A stretch of 63,602 nucleotides of DNA, filler included, from Globobulimina sp. (lineage: Eukaryota): assembly GCA_003354225.1 (NCBI GenBank). It is 38 parts of 38 records of this genome, joined end to end, with 100 filler letters (N's around TTAATTAATTAA, not from the genome) between each part and the next. Parts side by side here need not be neighbours in the genome. Positions count along the whole stretch, not along the records: positions 21,809 to 23,385 come from PIVH01014610.1; positions 23,486 to 25,062 come from PIVH01014611.1; positions 25,163 to 26,739 come from PIVH01014612.1; positions 26,840 to 28,416 come from PIVH01014613.1; positions 28,517 to 30,092 come from PIVH01014614.1; positions 30,193 to 31,768 come from PIVH01014615.1; positions 31,869 to 33,444 come from PIVH01014616.1; 31 more parts are not named here. One strand, 5' to 3'. Of the stretch, positions 22,577 through 33,295 are shown one piece after another. Position numbers and translations under genes: made by a program. Below the pieces are notes generated by a model. The model worked only from the letters and a program-made list of their open reading frames with translations. It was not told where the DNA came from and did no database searches. Each line of letters begins with the position of its first letter. Position 1 is the first letter of the stretch.

Positions 22577-22629
22577 CGATTTGAAGGATGATATCATTAA
22601 GAAAACTGATAATCATAATACGTATTCAA

Positions 22630-22697
22630 ATGATAACCGTTTGTTGAGTAAAAAAGCAGTTTTTTCGTTTTTCGCACACGAATTTTTGTTTACTTTT
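22630..22697 (+). repeat. Dispersed 68-bp repeat, identical to 1800-1867
   Basis: Exact match between unrelated contigs. Confidence 0.9.
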
Positions 22698-22914
22698 TGT
22701 TTACTTTTTGTGAGTAAAATTGAAAAAATATATCATTGAGTTAAAAAAATATCACATGATTTAGACAAAAACATAGACAAATACACAAAAAACCAAATAG
22801 CAAACATAATAAATATAGACAAGCATACTATTAATGCATACAAAATGAACAAAAATCCGGGTAAAAAAAACAAAAAACTGCTTTTCAGCGCACAGATATA
22901 AACAAACCTCCCCA

Positions 22915-23197
22915 TAATATTCTATATCCATAGATGAAGCGGCTTCGCCGCTTGTCACTGATACCAAATATATATATTATAAAATAATTCTATGGTACAT
23001 ACATGAAGCGGCTTCGCCGCTTGCTATAATACCAAATATTAATAAATATAAAATATTCTATGCTCATAGATGATGCGGCTTCGCCGCTTGCCATAAATAC
23101 CAAATATAAATGTTATAAAATAGTTCTGGTGCGAATGTATCCATAAATGCCAATGTATTTCTATGGCCATTTCTTCGCTTTCCATTGATACCAAATG
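22915..23197. repeat. Tandem ~68-bp repeat, 3 good + 1 decayed units, each with a GC hairpin
   Basis: A(A/T)GCGGCTTCGCCGCTT at 22937, 23006 and 23073, flanked by TTCTAT and ATACCAAAT. Confidence 0.85.
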
Positions 23198-23246
23198 TAA
23201 CGAAATTAATATAATCTAATTAATATAAGGGGTTGTTCTTATATTG

Positions 23247-23385
23247 CGCAATAACAATTGGACCTAGGATCTAGGCCATCCTTAATTGCAATAGACTAGT
23301 TTAAAGGAGCGTAGTGGGCGCATGTCTAGGGATCCTTAATTGCAATATCATGGTACCTAGGTCCTAGGTCTCAATTGTTATTGCG
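23247..23385. mobile_element. MITE-like foldback element with ~30-bp TIRs
   Basis: CGCAATAACAATTG-GACCTAGGATCTAGG pairs with CCTAGGTCCTAGGTCTCAATTGTTATTGCG; internal direct repeat ATCCTTAATTGCAATA. Confidence 0.6.
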
Positions 23386-23677
23386 NNNNNNNNNNNNNNN
23401 NNNNNNNNNNNNNNNNNNNNNNNNNNNNNTTAATTAATTAANNNNNNNNNNNNNNNNNNNNNNNNNNNNNNNNNNNNNNNNNNNNTATTTATATGTAAAA
23501 TGACATAATAAACAATTACTTACATATTTTGTAGCACATTAAGTTTTTAATTGAGTTGAAAACCTTGATATCGTTGCTGAACGACTGAAATGGCACTGAA
23601 TTAGTGACTTTACTTTCTTTTCACTTAAATGCACTAACTCTTATATAATTTAATATGAATTAAAGTATTTTTACAAA

Positions 23678-24493
23678 TTATAATTTTGATTTGAAACAAA
23701 TTTCATTAACAACAGCAGTAACAACATGCCAATTTGCTTTGAGATGGAAGAGTTGCTTTGGAAACCATGGGATATTTTCCTTTTTTTGCTTTTCTATTAA
23801 CTCCTTTACATGTTTTCTATTTGCAATTCGATGATAATGCTCAAACAAAATTGGATAACTTGTTCCAATCATCACTTTAAATGCGTTATCACCAAATAAT
23901 TCATTCAGACCATCCAATATATTAAATACAGCTAAATCCGCTTGAGATATTCGATTAGCAAAATAAAATAATTGGTCTTTGCTTACAGTCAATGGTTTTT
24001 CTAATATATCCAACCATATTTTAAATCTTCCATTAATAAATTCTGCGACCTTATTTCTATCGATATCTGTGCCCAATGTAGCTGTCAATGGCCCCGCCAA
24101 ATCATAAATATTTGTAAATAATTCATTACAGTGTGCAACAATCATTTGTGCTCTGTAATGGTCCTCGATCCTATCTGGCCGCAATCCAATTTGTTCACAA
24201 ATATAACCAACACAATGTTCTGTTTGACAAATTATTATTTCTTCATTTTCTTCTGATTCATTTCGTTTATTGTGAATAATAAATGGCACTGCCATTGGTT
24301 GGAAAATTGCATGATTTGCTTGTGTCAGTTTGCCAAAATAATTTGAACGTATTTTCGACCGAACTAATTCTGCATCAATCACTAATTTGTATGCAACTCC
24401 AGCTTCTGCAAATAATAATTGAATGAAGTTACCACGATTTTTTAGTCGCCAATACCATAACTCCCATTCTGGTTCGCTTGCTAATGAAGGCAT
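23678..24493 (-). CDS. Glutathione S-transferase
   Basis: WELWYWRLKNRGNFIQLLFAEAGVAY, AVPFI, ICQT, FYFANRISQADLAVF. Confidence 0.88.
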   Translation of the reverse strand: MPSLASEPEWELWYWRLKNRGNFIQLLFAEAGVAYKLVIDAELVRSKIRSNYFGKLTQANHAIFQPMAVPFIIHNKRNESEENEEIIICQTEHCVGYICEQIGLRPDRIEDHYRAQMIVAHCNELFTNIYDLAGPLTATLGTDIDRNKVAEFINGRFKIWLDILEKPLTVSKDQLFYFANRISQADLAVFNILDGLNELFGDNAFKVMIGTSYPILFEHYHRIANRKHVKELIEKQKKENIPWFPKQLFHLKANWHVVTAVVNEICFKSKL

Positions 24494-24539
24494 ACTGCAC
24501 AAAAAAAAAGTTTTAATTAGTAAGTTTCACTCGATCAAC

Positions 24540-25062
24540 ATGTCAGAACTTACTAAATTTGTAGCAGTCACCTCAGGATTGTTGACATCTGCGTTAGTTT
24601 CATTACATTTGAAATTTGGAGTGCGACTCAGAAACGTGCGTTTTGCTTGTGATGATTTGAAAAAAACGGAAAATAATAATAATATTGCATTGCCGTCAAC
24701 ATTTTCAATTTTATCTCAAAACATTTGGTGTTCGTTTATCTGCGGAGGAGCGGATAGACGCAAAAGATTGAAATTATTGATGGAGAATATCAGTGAAGGT
24801 AATCCAGATATTATTTGTTTGCAAGAAATGTTTATTTTTGCATTAGGTCCATTTCTGATTTGTGGTGATTTTGAATATTTGCATAATGAATTGGTAAATA
24901 CATTTGGTTATAAATATTATTCCGATGCAAAACAAACATTGCCGAAACTCTTTGGAGGAAATAACGGTTTAATGATATATTCAAAATATAAATTGGATTG
25001 TTGTGAGTCGTATGCCTTTAATACAGATATTCGCAGATTATTATCTGCCAAAGGATGGATAT
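24540..25062 (+). CDS. EEP-family phosphodiesterase (neutral sphingomyelinase-like), 3'-partial
   Basis: LSQNIW, PDIICLQEMF, NNGLMIYSKY, LSAKG. Confidence 0.75.
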
Positions 25063-25162
25063 NNNNNNNNNNNNNNNNNNNNNNNNNNNNNNNNNNNNNN
25101 NNNNNNTTAATTAATTAANNNNNNNNNNNNNNNNNNNNNNNNNNNNNNNNNNNNNNNNNNNN

Positions 25163-26363
25163 GGCAAAAAGCGAGCATTAGAAACTTATTATCTAATATG
25201 GACCATATGTTTCATTATATTGATCATTGTTTACAATGGCTGTAGAATGGTCAATGTGTTTCCCAATCACAATCCAAAAAGTATTTACAGCAACGTTCCT
25301 CCCACTTTTGTCTTACCAACAATCAAACAAAACAAACGTTTGTTGGCTCATACCGCATCAACAACCTATGACTTAGTACCATTATCACGACATAATCCAA
25401 ACACAATGATATTTGTTAAAACACACAAAACAGCATCCTCATCATTAACAAATCTGTTGCATACACTCACTGTGCGACACAATAAATCATGTCCGATATT
25501 AGACAATCAATACGCAGGTGTTACCTTTGATTTTACTAAAGATAATGAAAAAGAAATAATAACAAATACAAAAACTTGGAACAATAATACGACGTTAGAT
25601 ATGTGGATGAATCATGCACTGTTTAATCCATATTTATATGAATTAATACCAAACTCACACGAACAAATATTAACAATTGTTCGTAATCCAATTAACTGAT
25701 CGTTTTTTATCCGCATGGACAAAATATTGGGCTTCAAACAGATACAAAATGAACATATCAACATTTGTCGATAAATCAAGCAAAGGAATAATGAGAAACG
25801 CAAACTCAAACAAACGAACAGAAACGAAGTTGAATTCATTATGTAGAGAGATTATACCATATTATGTGGATACCGGTGTTGATAAATACAATAGTTGGAA
25901 ACGAGTAAAATCAGGCGATTTTTTAGTATTAATTGCTGATCGATGGGATGAGTCATTATTGTTATTAAAATATGCATATAACCTGGAATGGAAAGATTTA
26001 TTTTTTAAGAAAATGACTAAAACGCCGTGGAAGATGTCATTGTCGCACAGAGAAAAAAGCAAACTGACAATGCAAGTTACCGATGATGAAAAAAGTAAAT
26101 TAAAGAAATTAAATGATTGCGACTGGAAGTTATATAATATTGCTATGAAAATATTTGAACAACGACTATATGAAATATATAAAGGGAATGTAAGCAAATT
26201 ACAACAAGAAATTGAAATTATGCATAAAGTACAATCGGAAGAATTTAATGAATGTTTTACTGGATTTAGTAGACTCACTCATTCAACTCAACAAAAACGA
26301 ATCTGCCAATCATATTTGTTGGATAATAGAGATTGGAATAAATGGGCAATGGAGCTAAGATGA
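25163..26363 (+). pseudogene. Galactose-3-O-sulfotransferase-like gene with a frameshift near 25691
   Basis: IFVKTHKTASSS (5'-PSB). LTIVRNP and DRFLSAW (3'-PB) are split across frames by about 4 extra nt. Confidence 0.75.
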
Positions 26364-26839
26364 GATTAATTGTCAACGATTAATACATTTTCTTTGTACA
26401 ATTTTTTATTTTTTTGATTGTTTGTTTTTTTGTCTCAGCAGAATTTACAAAAAGAAGTATTTTATACTGTTTCTGTAAAATCTGTCCATGTAATGGTGTT
26501 TGTACCAAACTTTATTTTATTGAATATTACTAGCTACTAGTACTAATATTTAAATTTAAATCTGTTATGGATATTTTTGATTACAGTTCACTGTTTTTTT
26601 TTAATTTAAGTTTTTTTTTACTCCTAACTCCTGTTCCTCAACTCCATGTCTTCTCAGATGCAACACATTTGTATGGCACATTTGCTTATATTATTATCAT
26701 TCATCATCAACACTGTCCACCCTCAACGACCTCCTCCAANNNNNNNNNNNNNNNNNNNNNNNNNNNNNNNNNNNNNNNNNNNNTTAATTAATTAANNNNN
26801 NNNNNNNNNNNNNNNNNNNNNNNNNNNNNNNNNNNNNNN

Positions 26840-28416
26840 GATTTTGGAAATTATCCCTTCACTAAATCATTAGAGACAGATATGTGGAAAAGTATCGCGA
26901 ATGATGATTATCTTAATATTATTGTACGAGATCCAGTACAAGGCGTCGGTATATTGTCAAATTGGGAAGATTTAGAAGAGTTTAAAAATGTTTGTAGCTT
27001 AGCATTAACATATAACGAAAGTTTAGTATACACTGAGTTTTCCGGTCGTTTTCCGATCATTTCTGATCCGCACAAATAATACAAATAAGGCAAATTTATG
27101 GAGAAATTCCATTTAAGTCAGGATGAAATGGAACAATGTAAGGAGAAATTAAATGAATTCACCATTGTTATCAATAAGCCAGGAGCCTGAGATTGATCCA
27201 CTTGTATTGAACAATCATTGATCCGGTGCTGGTCTCTATAAAATGGTAAGCGACGGCATACGCAAAGGAGAATGTATTAAATACATCAGAGTTTCCATCT
27301 GCTTAGAGGTTCTTCAGATTAGCGTCAAAAATTTGCAAGGATTAGATTACAGCGTAAGCTGGATTAGCTAAGATTGCTTAGAGCTAAGCAAAGATTAACT
27401 TTGTAAGCTGAGTGTCAGATTATCTTTGTAAGCTGAGTAAGATTAACAGCCCCCCCCTTAAATACTAGCTCAAACTTTCTCTTAAATAAACAGCCCTCCC
27501 TTAAATAAATGTCGCAACACGAAGAAAAACAACAGTCACGAGTCCCAACATCGGGTCAAAAAAGATGCCGAGATAATGACGAGTATTTCGAATCACTTGG
27601 CCCAGTCAAGAAACCAAAACTAAGTAAGAAAAGAACAAAATTAGCAAAAGGTGATAATGACACAATAAAATATCAATTAGCTGCAGGTTCATACAAAATA
27701 ATAAAATATTCAGAAGATGATAATAATAGTAATTATAAATATGCATCATGTGTAGTCGATGCAAGTAATGAATTAGAATATGCAAAATTATTTGATGTTA
27801 AGGATTATGATAAAACAGCACATATAAATTTAATAATATCAATTGGTGCAACCCCATATGTATTCATCTGTGATAAATGCTATGAAGATGGTATTATTCA
27901 AATATGGAAATATATGACATCATCAGGAAATTTAGCAACACACCAAACAAAGAAACATGCATTGATTACAACTACATTGAAGTGGAAAAGAGAACATAGA
28001 ATGCAAATGTTACAGCCAACAATTGAATACGTTTCGTGGGACAGAAAATCATTTAATGGTTTAAAAGGCGATGGTTTAAATCAGATTCTTACCGCCGCTT
28101 ATAACTTAGGATGTCAATTGGCGAAACCAGTTACAACATTAAGTATGTTTTCCGGTAACTTCTCTGTTTTTATATGACACACTCACAAATATACAGGTGG
28201 TTTATTATTTTGCCCAACAGTGATATCCACGCGAGTTAGAGAAAATGGTCAAGAGATTGAATCGCAACGAAGAGTATTTTATCGAAACTATTTTGGCGAT
28301 TTTGGAAATTATCCCTTCACTAAATCATTAGAGACAGATATGTGGAAAAGTATCGCGAATGATGATTATCTTAATATTATTGTACGAGATCCAGTACAAG
28401 GCGTCGGTATATTGTC
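26840..28416 (+). mobile_element. Internally deleted hAT transposon on a self-closing contig (119-bp terminal direct repeat; 1458-bp unit)
   Basis: 26840-26958 equals 28298-28416; transposase N-terminus present; CAGAG-start candidate end near 27287 followed by short subterminal repeats. Confidence 0.7.
27509..28416 (+). CDS. hAT (Hermes-like) transposase, N-terminal part; intron 28155-28196; continues across the overlap to 27079
   Basis: BED-like finger FICDKC...NLATHQTKKH, DRKSFNGLKGDGL (Hermes DNA-binding-domain-like), CPTVISTRV, TDMWKS (first catalytic Asp). Confidence 0.72.
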
Positions 28417-28680
28417 NNNNNNNNNNNNNNNNNNNNNNNNNNNNNNNNNNNNNNNNNNNNTTAATTAATTAANNNNNNNNNNNNNNNNNNNNNNNNNNNN
28501 NNNNNNNNNNNNNNNNGAAGGGACGTAAATCAAAAGAAAAACACGAGAAAAAAAAAGAAATCATCTAAAAAAAAGAAAAAAAAAAAACCCAGCAAAACCA
28601 AAAAACACTTAATTAAGAATATTGTCAATCAATATATCAATGATAATGATAATGAAAATGACGAATTCGAGGATGAATAT

Positions 28681-30092
28681 ATGATATCAACATTGTCGCC
28701 ACGCTTTCCCAGCAAAAATGTAGAACAATTTTCATTTGCTAACAATAACAAAACAAAAAGCAAAACCAATACACATCATTTACATAAAGAGACTCCTGTA
28801 TGGCGGGTAAGAAAGGACGGAACATTGCCATTAAAGACATCCCGTTCTTCACCGCCCGATCCAAACACAAACAATACTAACAACAAAAAGAAAGCACATT
28901 CCTTGATGCCAAATAGTTTGCCGTTGCCAAGATCCTCCGCCACCGCACTCACTTCCACTTCACCCAATAGCTCCAACTCAGTATCACATACATTATATTA
29001 TAAAAAAGAGATGATCTCAAAAACGGATAAATCTTTTTGGCCGTATTATAGGTTAATATCTGATATATCACGCTGTGATTCACAGCAATTATTACGATCC
29101 ATCGATAACATATATGGTTTAGACTCGTTACAAAGTGAGTTATCTCAATTTATCATCACCAAATTACGACATTCCTTAAACCTCAATGCCGGAGGTTTAT
29201 TATATTTGAGTCCAAAAGAATTGATGCAAGAGAATGGCAACAATATATTTGAGGTTATGCGGAATAATGTGCCTTCCTTACCACACCCTTCATTTATGAG
29301 TGACAAAGTGAATGATAAGCAAAAGCGTAGCAAGCCCTGTCACAAAGACAAGAGTAAGAATAATTCGACAATCAGCGACTCGGTGACCTCGCCACTGGAT
29401 GAAAAGGAGTATGGCTTAGATATAGATATAGACAAAGATAATATGCATAATATCAATTTAGAGCTAGAGCGGCTAATTTGTAAGAAAGCGATTGGATATC
29501 GGATCATATCCTGCTTAGACGAGAAAAGCTTCATTGTGAGTCACAATGTGTCGAGACAGTTTTTGTATGTTTGTAGATTGCCAGAGAGCAGATCGCATTT
29601 AATGATTAGAATTGGAAAACTAAAGGATAAGATTGGTCCGATTTCAGTGTGTGACTTTATAAAGAATAGAATCAGCCAATTGAGCTATATACAATTGTTG
29701 CATTTAGTGATTGATAAACCAAAGTGGGACATTTTAAAGGTTTTACTGTCAAAGTTATTGCATTTACGACAGTTAGATCTGATGCTGCCCGGCTTGCAAA
29801 GCAACTATATAATGCCCACCAAAATGTTAAGCAAAAAATGCAAAATGTCGCAATTGAAAATATTACGGATTAGCGGGCCAAGAAAATTAAAATTATCGCA
29901 ACAATATCCCGATATTTCGTATTTAATGCGGGATTTTTTAAAGAAAATATCCATGCCAAATCTAAATGAATTGTGGTTAATGAGAGTCGCCTCCAAAGAG
30001 AAGAATACCATTCGTAAATTTTTAAATGAGTATAAAAGCACATTAAAATCATTAGAATTCGAATTATCGATTTCAATGAATAACTCGCTCAC
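28681..30092 (+). CDS. Hypothetical protein, low-complexity N-part and LRR-like C-part, partial
   Basis: LRQLDL, LKILRI, LNELWL and LKSLEF repeats. Confidence 0.6.
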
Positions 30093-30194
30093 NNNNNNNN
30101 NNNNNNNNNNNNNNNNNNNNNNNNNNNNNNNNNNNNTTAATTAATTAANNNNNNNNNNNNNNNNNNNNNNNNNNNNNNNNNNNNNNNNNNNNAT

Positions 30195-31766
30195 TCCATT
30201 GTGGCTAAAACGAGTTTGATTGATTTTTATTTTCATTTTGGATGCATTGAGAAAGCTGAAAATATATTCAAGTCTATCCAGGCCAATACAATTGATATCA
30301 TTGCAGTCAATGCAATGATGACGGGATATATCGCAGCTAATATGTATGATAAAAGCTTATTATTATATAATAAATATTGTGATTTACATAATGATGCATC
30401 GTATATCTTAGGAGTAAAAGCCTGTACATTATCAAATAATTTCATTCAGGGAAAAGATATTCATTCCACAGTGATTGATTCAAAACATTATACATTGGAT
30501 GTAAAGAATGTATTAATTGACTTTTATGGCATATTTAAAGATATTACTAATGCTTTGCTGATATTTAACTCAATTCCAAATCAACAAAAAGATATAATAA
30601 CTATCAATTCTATGTTGAAAGCATATTGTAATGTTGATTCAAATGAAGAATGTTTACAATTATTTCAAAATTTAAGTACTATTAACAATAAATTGATGTA
30701 CGATGTTATAACATTTTCAACCGCATTAAAAGCCTGTACTCAAAGTACAGATTATCATTATGGAGAAAATATTCATAACATGCTGAAATATGAAAAATAT
30801 AAACATTTATTGCATGACAATATGATTCAAACAAGTCTCATAAACATGTACGGTAAGTGTGGAATGTTGGATCAATGTAAACAAATATTTGATAATAACA
30901 CGACGGAAAAGAAAGAACTGACATTTTGCAACGCCTATTTGAATGCGCTTGGAAGGAGTGGCGATATAGAAAATGTAGAACATTTATTTCAAGAAATGAT
31001 AGCAAATAATAATATTGCAACAGATGCGAAAACATATAAAATATTAATCAACAGTTACAGTCATAGTGGTTATCCAGAAAAGGCCCAAAATATTTGGTTA
31101 CATGAAATAAAAGATGAAAATATTAAATATGATCCATTTGTGGTGTCCACATTAATCGATTGTTTCTCTCGAACTGGAATGATATTGGAAGGGTATGAGT
31201 TGTTGTTACAATATGAGTTTTTCACCAAAAATATCAATTTGGACGATGTCCACCAACAAGTTATGTGGACTTCGTTGCTGAGCGGCTGTAAGAAACATAA
31301 TGATACAGTTATGGCGGAAAAGATTGATAAAGAAATGAAAGATAGAATGTATTTTTCCAAACAAACAAAGGATGAAAACGAGACAACAGCAGAGCCAGAA
31401 GAGCCGGCAGAGCCCGCTGAGGATATAATGGATAAAGAGGAAGTTAATAAAATCAGGAATGATTCAACAAGTGATACGATGGGAACAGCCTCAATTTTAA
31501 TGTCAAATATATTTGGAGCAGGCGCGGATTTTGATAAAGTGAATGAGATTCGAGCAGAGATGAAACGGAGAGGATGGAAGAAAAAGCCTGGATTTTCAGA
31601 GATTGATGTTTATGGAACTTTGCACAGATTTTATGCCGGCTGGGGATATCGGAGAACAGCTGAATATAAAATAATTGATAAAAAGTTAGAATATATAAGT
31701 GGAAGAATGGATGAATTTGGATATAAACGAGATTACAGCGCAATTACGCGGCAATTAAAAGATTAG
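30195..31766 (+). CDS. PLS-like pentatricopeptide repeat protein with E1/E2/E+ extension, 5'-partial
   Basis: Repeats such as TSLINMYGKCGMLDQCKQIF, then WTSLLSGCKKH, ILMSNIF, MKRRGWKKKPGFSEIDVYGTLHRFYAG (PG box) and MDEFGYKRD. Confidence 0.9.
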   Translation, partial: SIVAKTSLIDFYFHFGCIEKAENIFKSIQANTIDIIAVNAMMTGYIAANMYDKSLLLYNKYCDLHNDASYILGVKACTLSNNFIQGKDIHSTVIDSKHYTLDVKNVLIDFYGIFKDITNALLIFNSIPNQQKDIITINSMLKAYCNVDSNEECLQLFQNLSTINNKLMYDVITFSTALKACTQSTDYHYGENIHNMLKYEKYKHLLHDNMIQTSLINMYGKCGMLDQCKQIFDNNTTEKKELTFCNAYLNALGRSGDIENVEHLFQEMIANNNIATDAKTYKILINSYSHSGYPEKAQNIWLHEIKDENIKYDPFVVSTLIDCFSRTGMILEGYELLLQYEFFTKNINLDDVHQQVMWTSLLSGCKKHNDTVMAEKIDKEMKDRMYFSKQTKDENETTAEPEEPAEPAEDIMDKEEVNKIRNDSTSDTMGTASILMSNIFGAGADFDKVNEIRAEMKRRGWKKKPGFSEIDVYGTLHRFYAGWGYRRTAEYKIIDKKLEYISGRMDEFGYKRDYSAITRQLKD

Positions 31767-31876
31767 ATNNNNNNNNNNNNNNNNNNNNNNNNNNNNNNNN
31801 NNNNNNNNNNNNTTAATTAATTAANNNNNNNNNNNNNNNNNNNNNNNNNNNNNNNNNNNNNNNNNNNNATATATAA

Positions 31877-31940
31877 GTGATGATAGCTCAATGAGAGCAT
31901 CCTATTGAATAAGATTTGGGTCCAAATCCCAATCATCACA
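31877..31940 (+). tRNA. tRNA-like / pseudo-tRNA (anticodon arm degenerate, no variable loop)
   Basis: Acceptor stem GTGATGA/TCATCAC, D-stem GCTC/GAGC, T-stem TTGGG/CCCAA, followed by T6. Confidence 0.5.
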
Positions 31941-32309
31941 TTTTTTATTTAATTTTGTGATTCAGCCAATTTGTGTGTTTATCACGTACAAGTTGCCTTT
32001 TTCGTTTCTATTTTACCAGCTCTAGAGCTGGTAAAAGTGTTTTTCGTTTCTAGTTTCTAGTTCTAGGCGATGTAAAGTGGCACTTTTTGGCTCGGTAATG
32101 TCTTAATTACTGCGTTTTTTTTGGTAAAGTTGCATATGAATAATATACTATTGTTTTTCTGTTTTTGTGTTTTTCTGTTTTTGTTTTTCTGTTTTTGACC
32201 TTTTTTCACCTTAAAAGTTTTCAAGATGCCGTCATTCTGCTGTATAAGCTCACGTTTATTGCATTTATAATATAGGAATTTTGCTCAGTTAAAGCGTGCT
32301 GAAATAGCA

Positions 32310-33132
32310 TTGGATCATAATTACTTTTCAAAAGGAATTGTATCAGATGATCATGCCTGGTTTTGTGGTTTAACAATAGATCATCATTTGAATATGGGTC
32401 ACAAATCAATAAATTCAAATACTAGAATTGGTCAAATGCAACAAGAAGATATCAACCAAGATAGAACCAACTGGCATTGCATTTGCTATCGTAAATCTAA
32501 ATTCAACGCAGTTGGTCGAGGATATTATGCGATTACTTCCATGCGATTGGCACAATAAAAACAAAACCTTACCATCCTCCATACCATTGTTTGAGCAAAG
32601 TCAACAATATTTAGCTGCATATGTCCGTGGTGTTTCTGATGCAGATGGGTCATTCCGTTTTGATTTCAATCGAGGACGAATTACTTGGGCTTTTCAAAAA
32701 CAAAGCGAGGAATTTGTAGAAAGCATCCATACACTGATTTGGAGCGGTTGTAATGTTGATACACATAAAAGGAATAATATTACAAAGAATGGAACAAAGG
32801 TAACACATTTATGTATTAGTAGACAATCTGATGTAATTGATTTTGCTCAATGGATATATTGTGGTTTTGATGAAAATATTGTTTCAATGTTGCCACGCAA
32901 ATTCAAGAGATGTTTGTTGCTGAAACAAATGTTGGAGAGTACTAGTGATATTAAAAGCCTTGAAAGATGTGACATGGCAAGAAAACTTGCAGAACAGGAA
33001 TATTTTGAAAGGATCAAAATTCATAACCAATTTGTTCAATGGATGCATGAAAATAATCAAAATTTTAATTTTCAAAACACGTTTCGAGATCGTGTTCATT
33101 TGATGAAAGAAAAGTATGAAAAGAGCACATAA
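32310..33132 (+). pseudogene. LAGLIDADG homing endonuclease-like gene, first motif eroded and frameshifted
   Basis: DHNYFSKGIVSDDHAWFCGL in one frame; AYVRGVSDADGSF...SEEFVESI...FAQWIY...LPRK in another. Confidence 0.7.
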
Positions 33133-33295
33133 GAGCGAGTACTGTCACGTACACAAAAACCCGAAAAGTGAAATCGTTGCTTTTTTGCATGCTCTACAAC
33201 AGCGCTAATCACATACAGTACCCTGAGGCTTCATGCGTTAGCACCGATTCGTTACCAAACAAAAAGCGCGACGAGGGATCTACAAACTGCATCGG

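Noticed and set aside
22915-23197. CRISPR-like repeat-spacer array
   Set aside because: The sequences between hairpins are homologous to each other, so this is a diverged tandem repeat.
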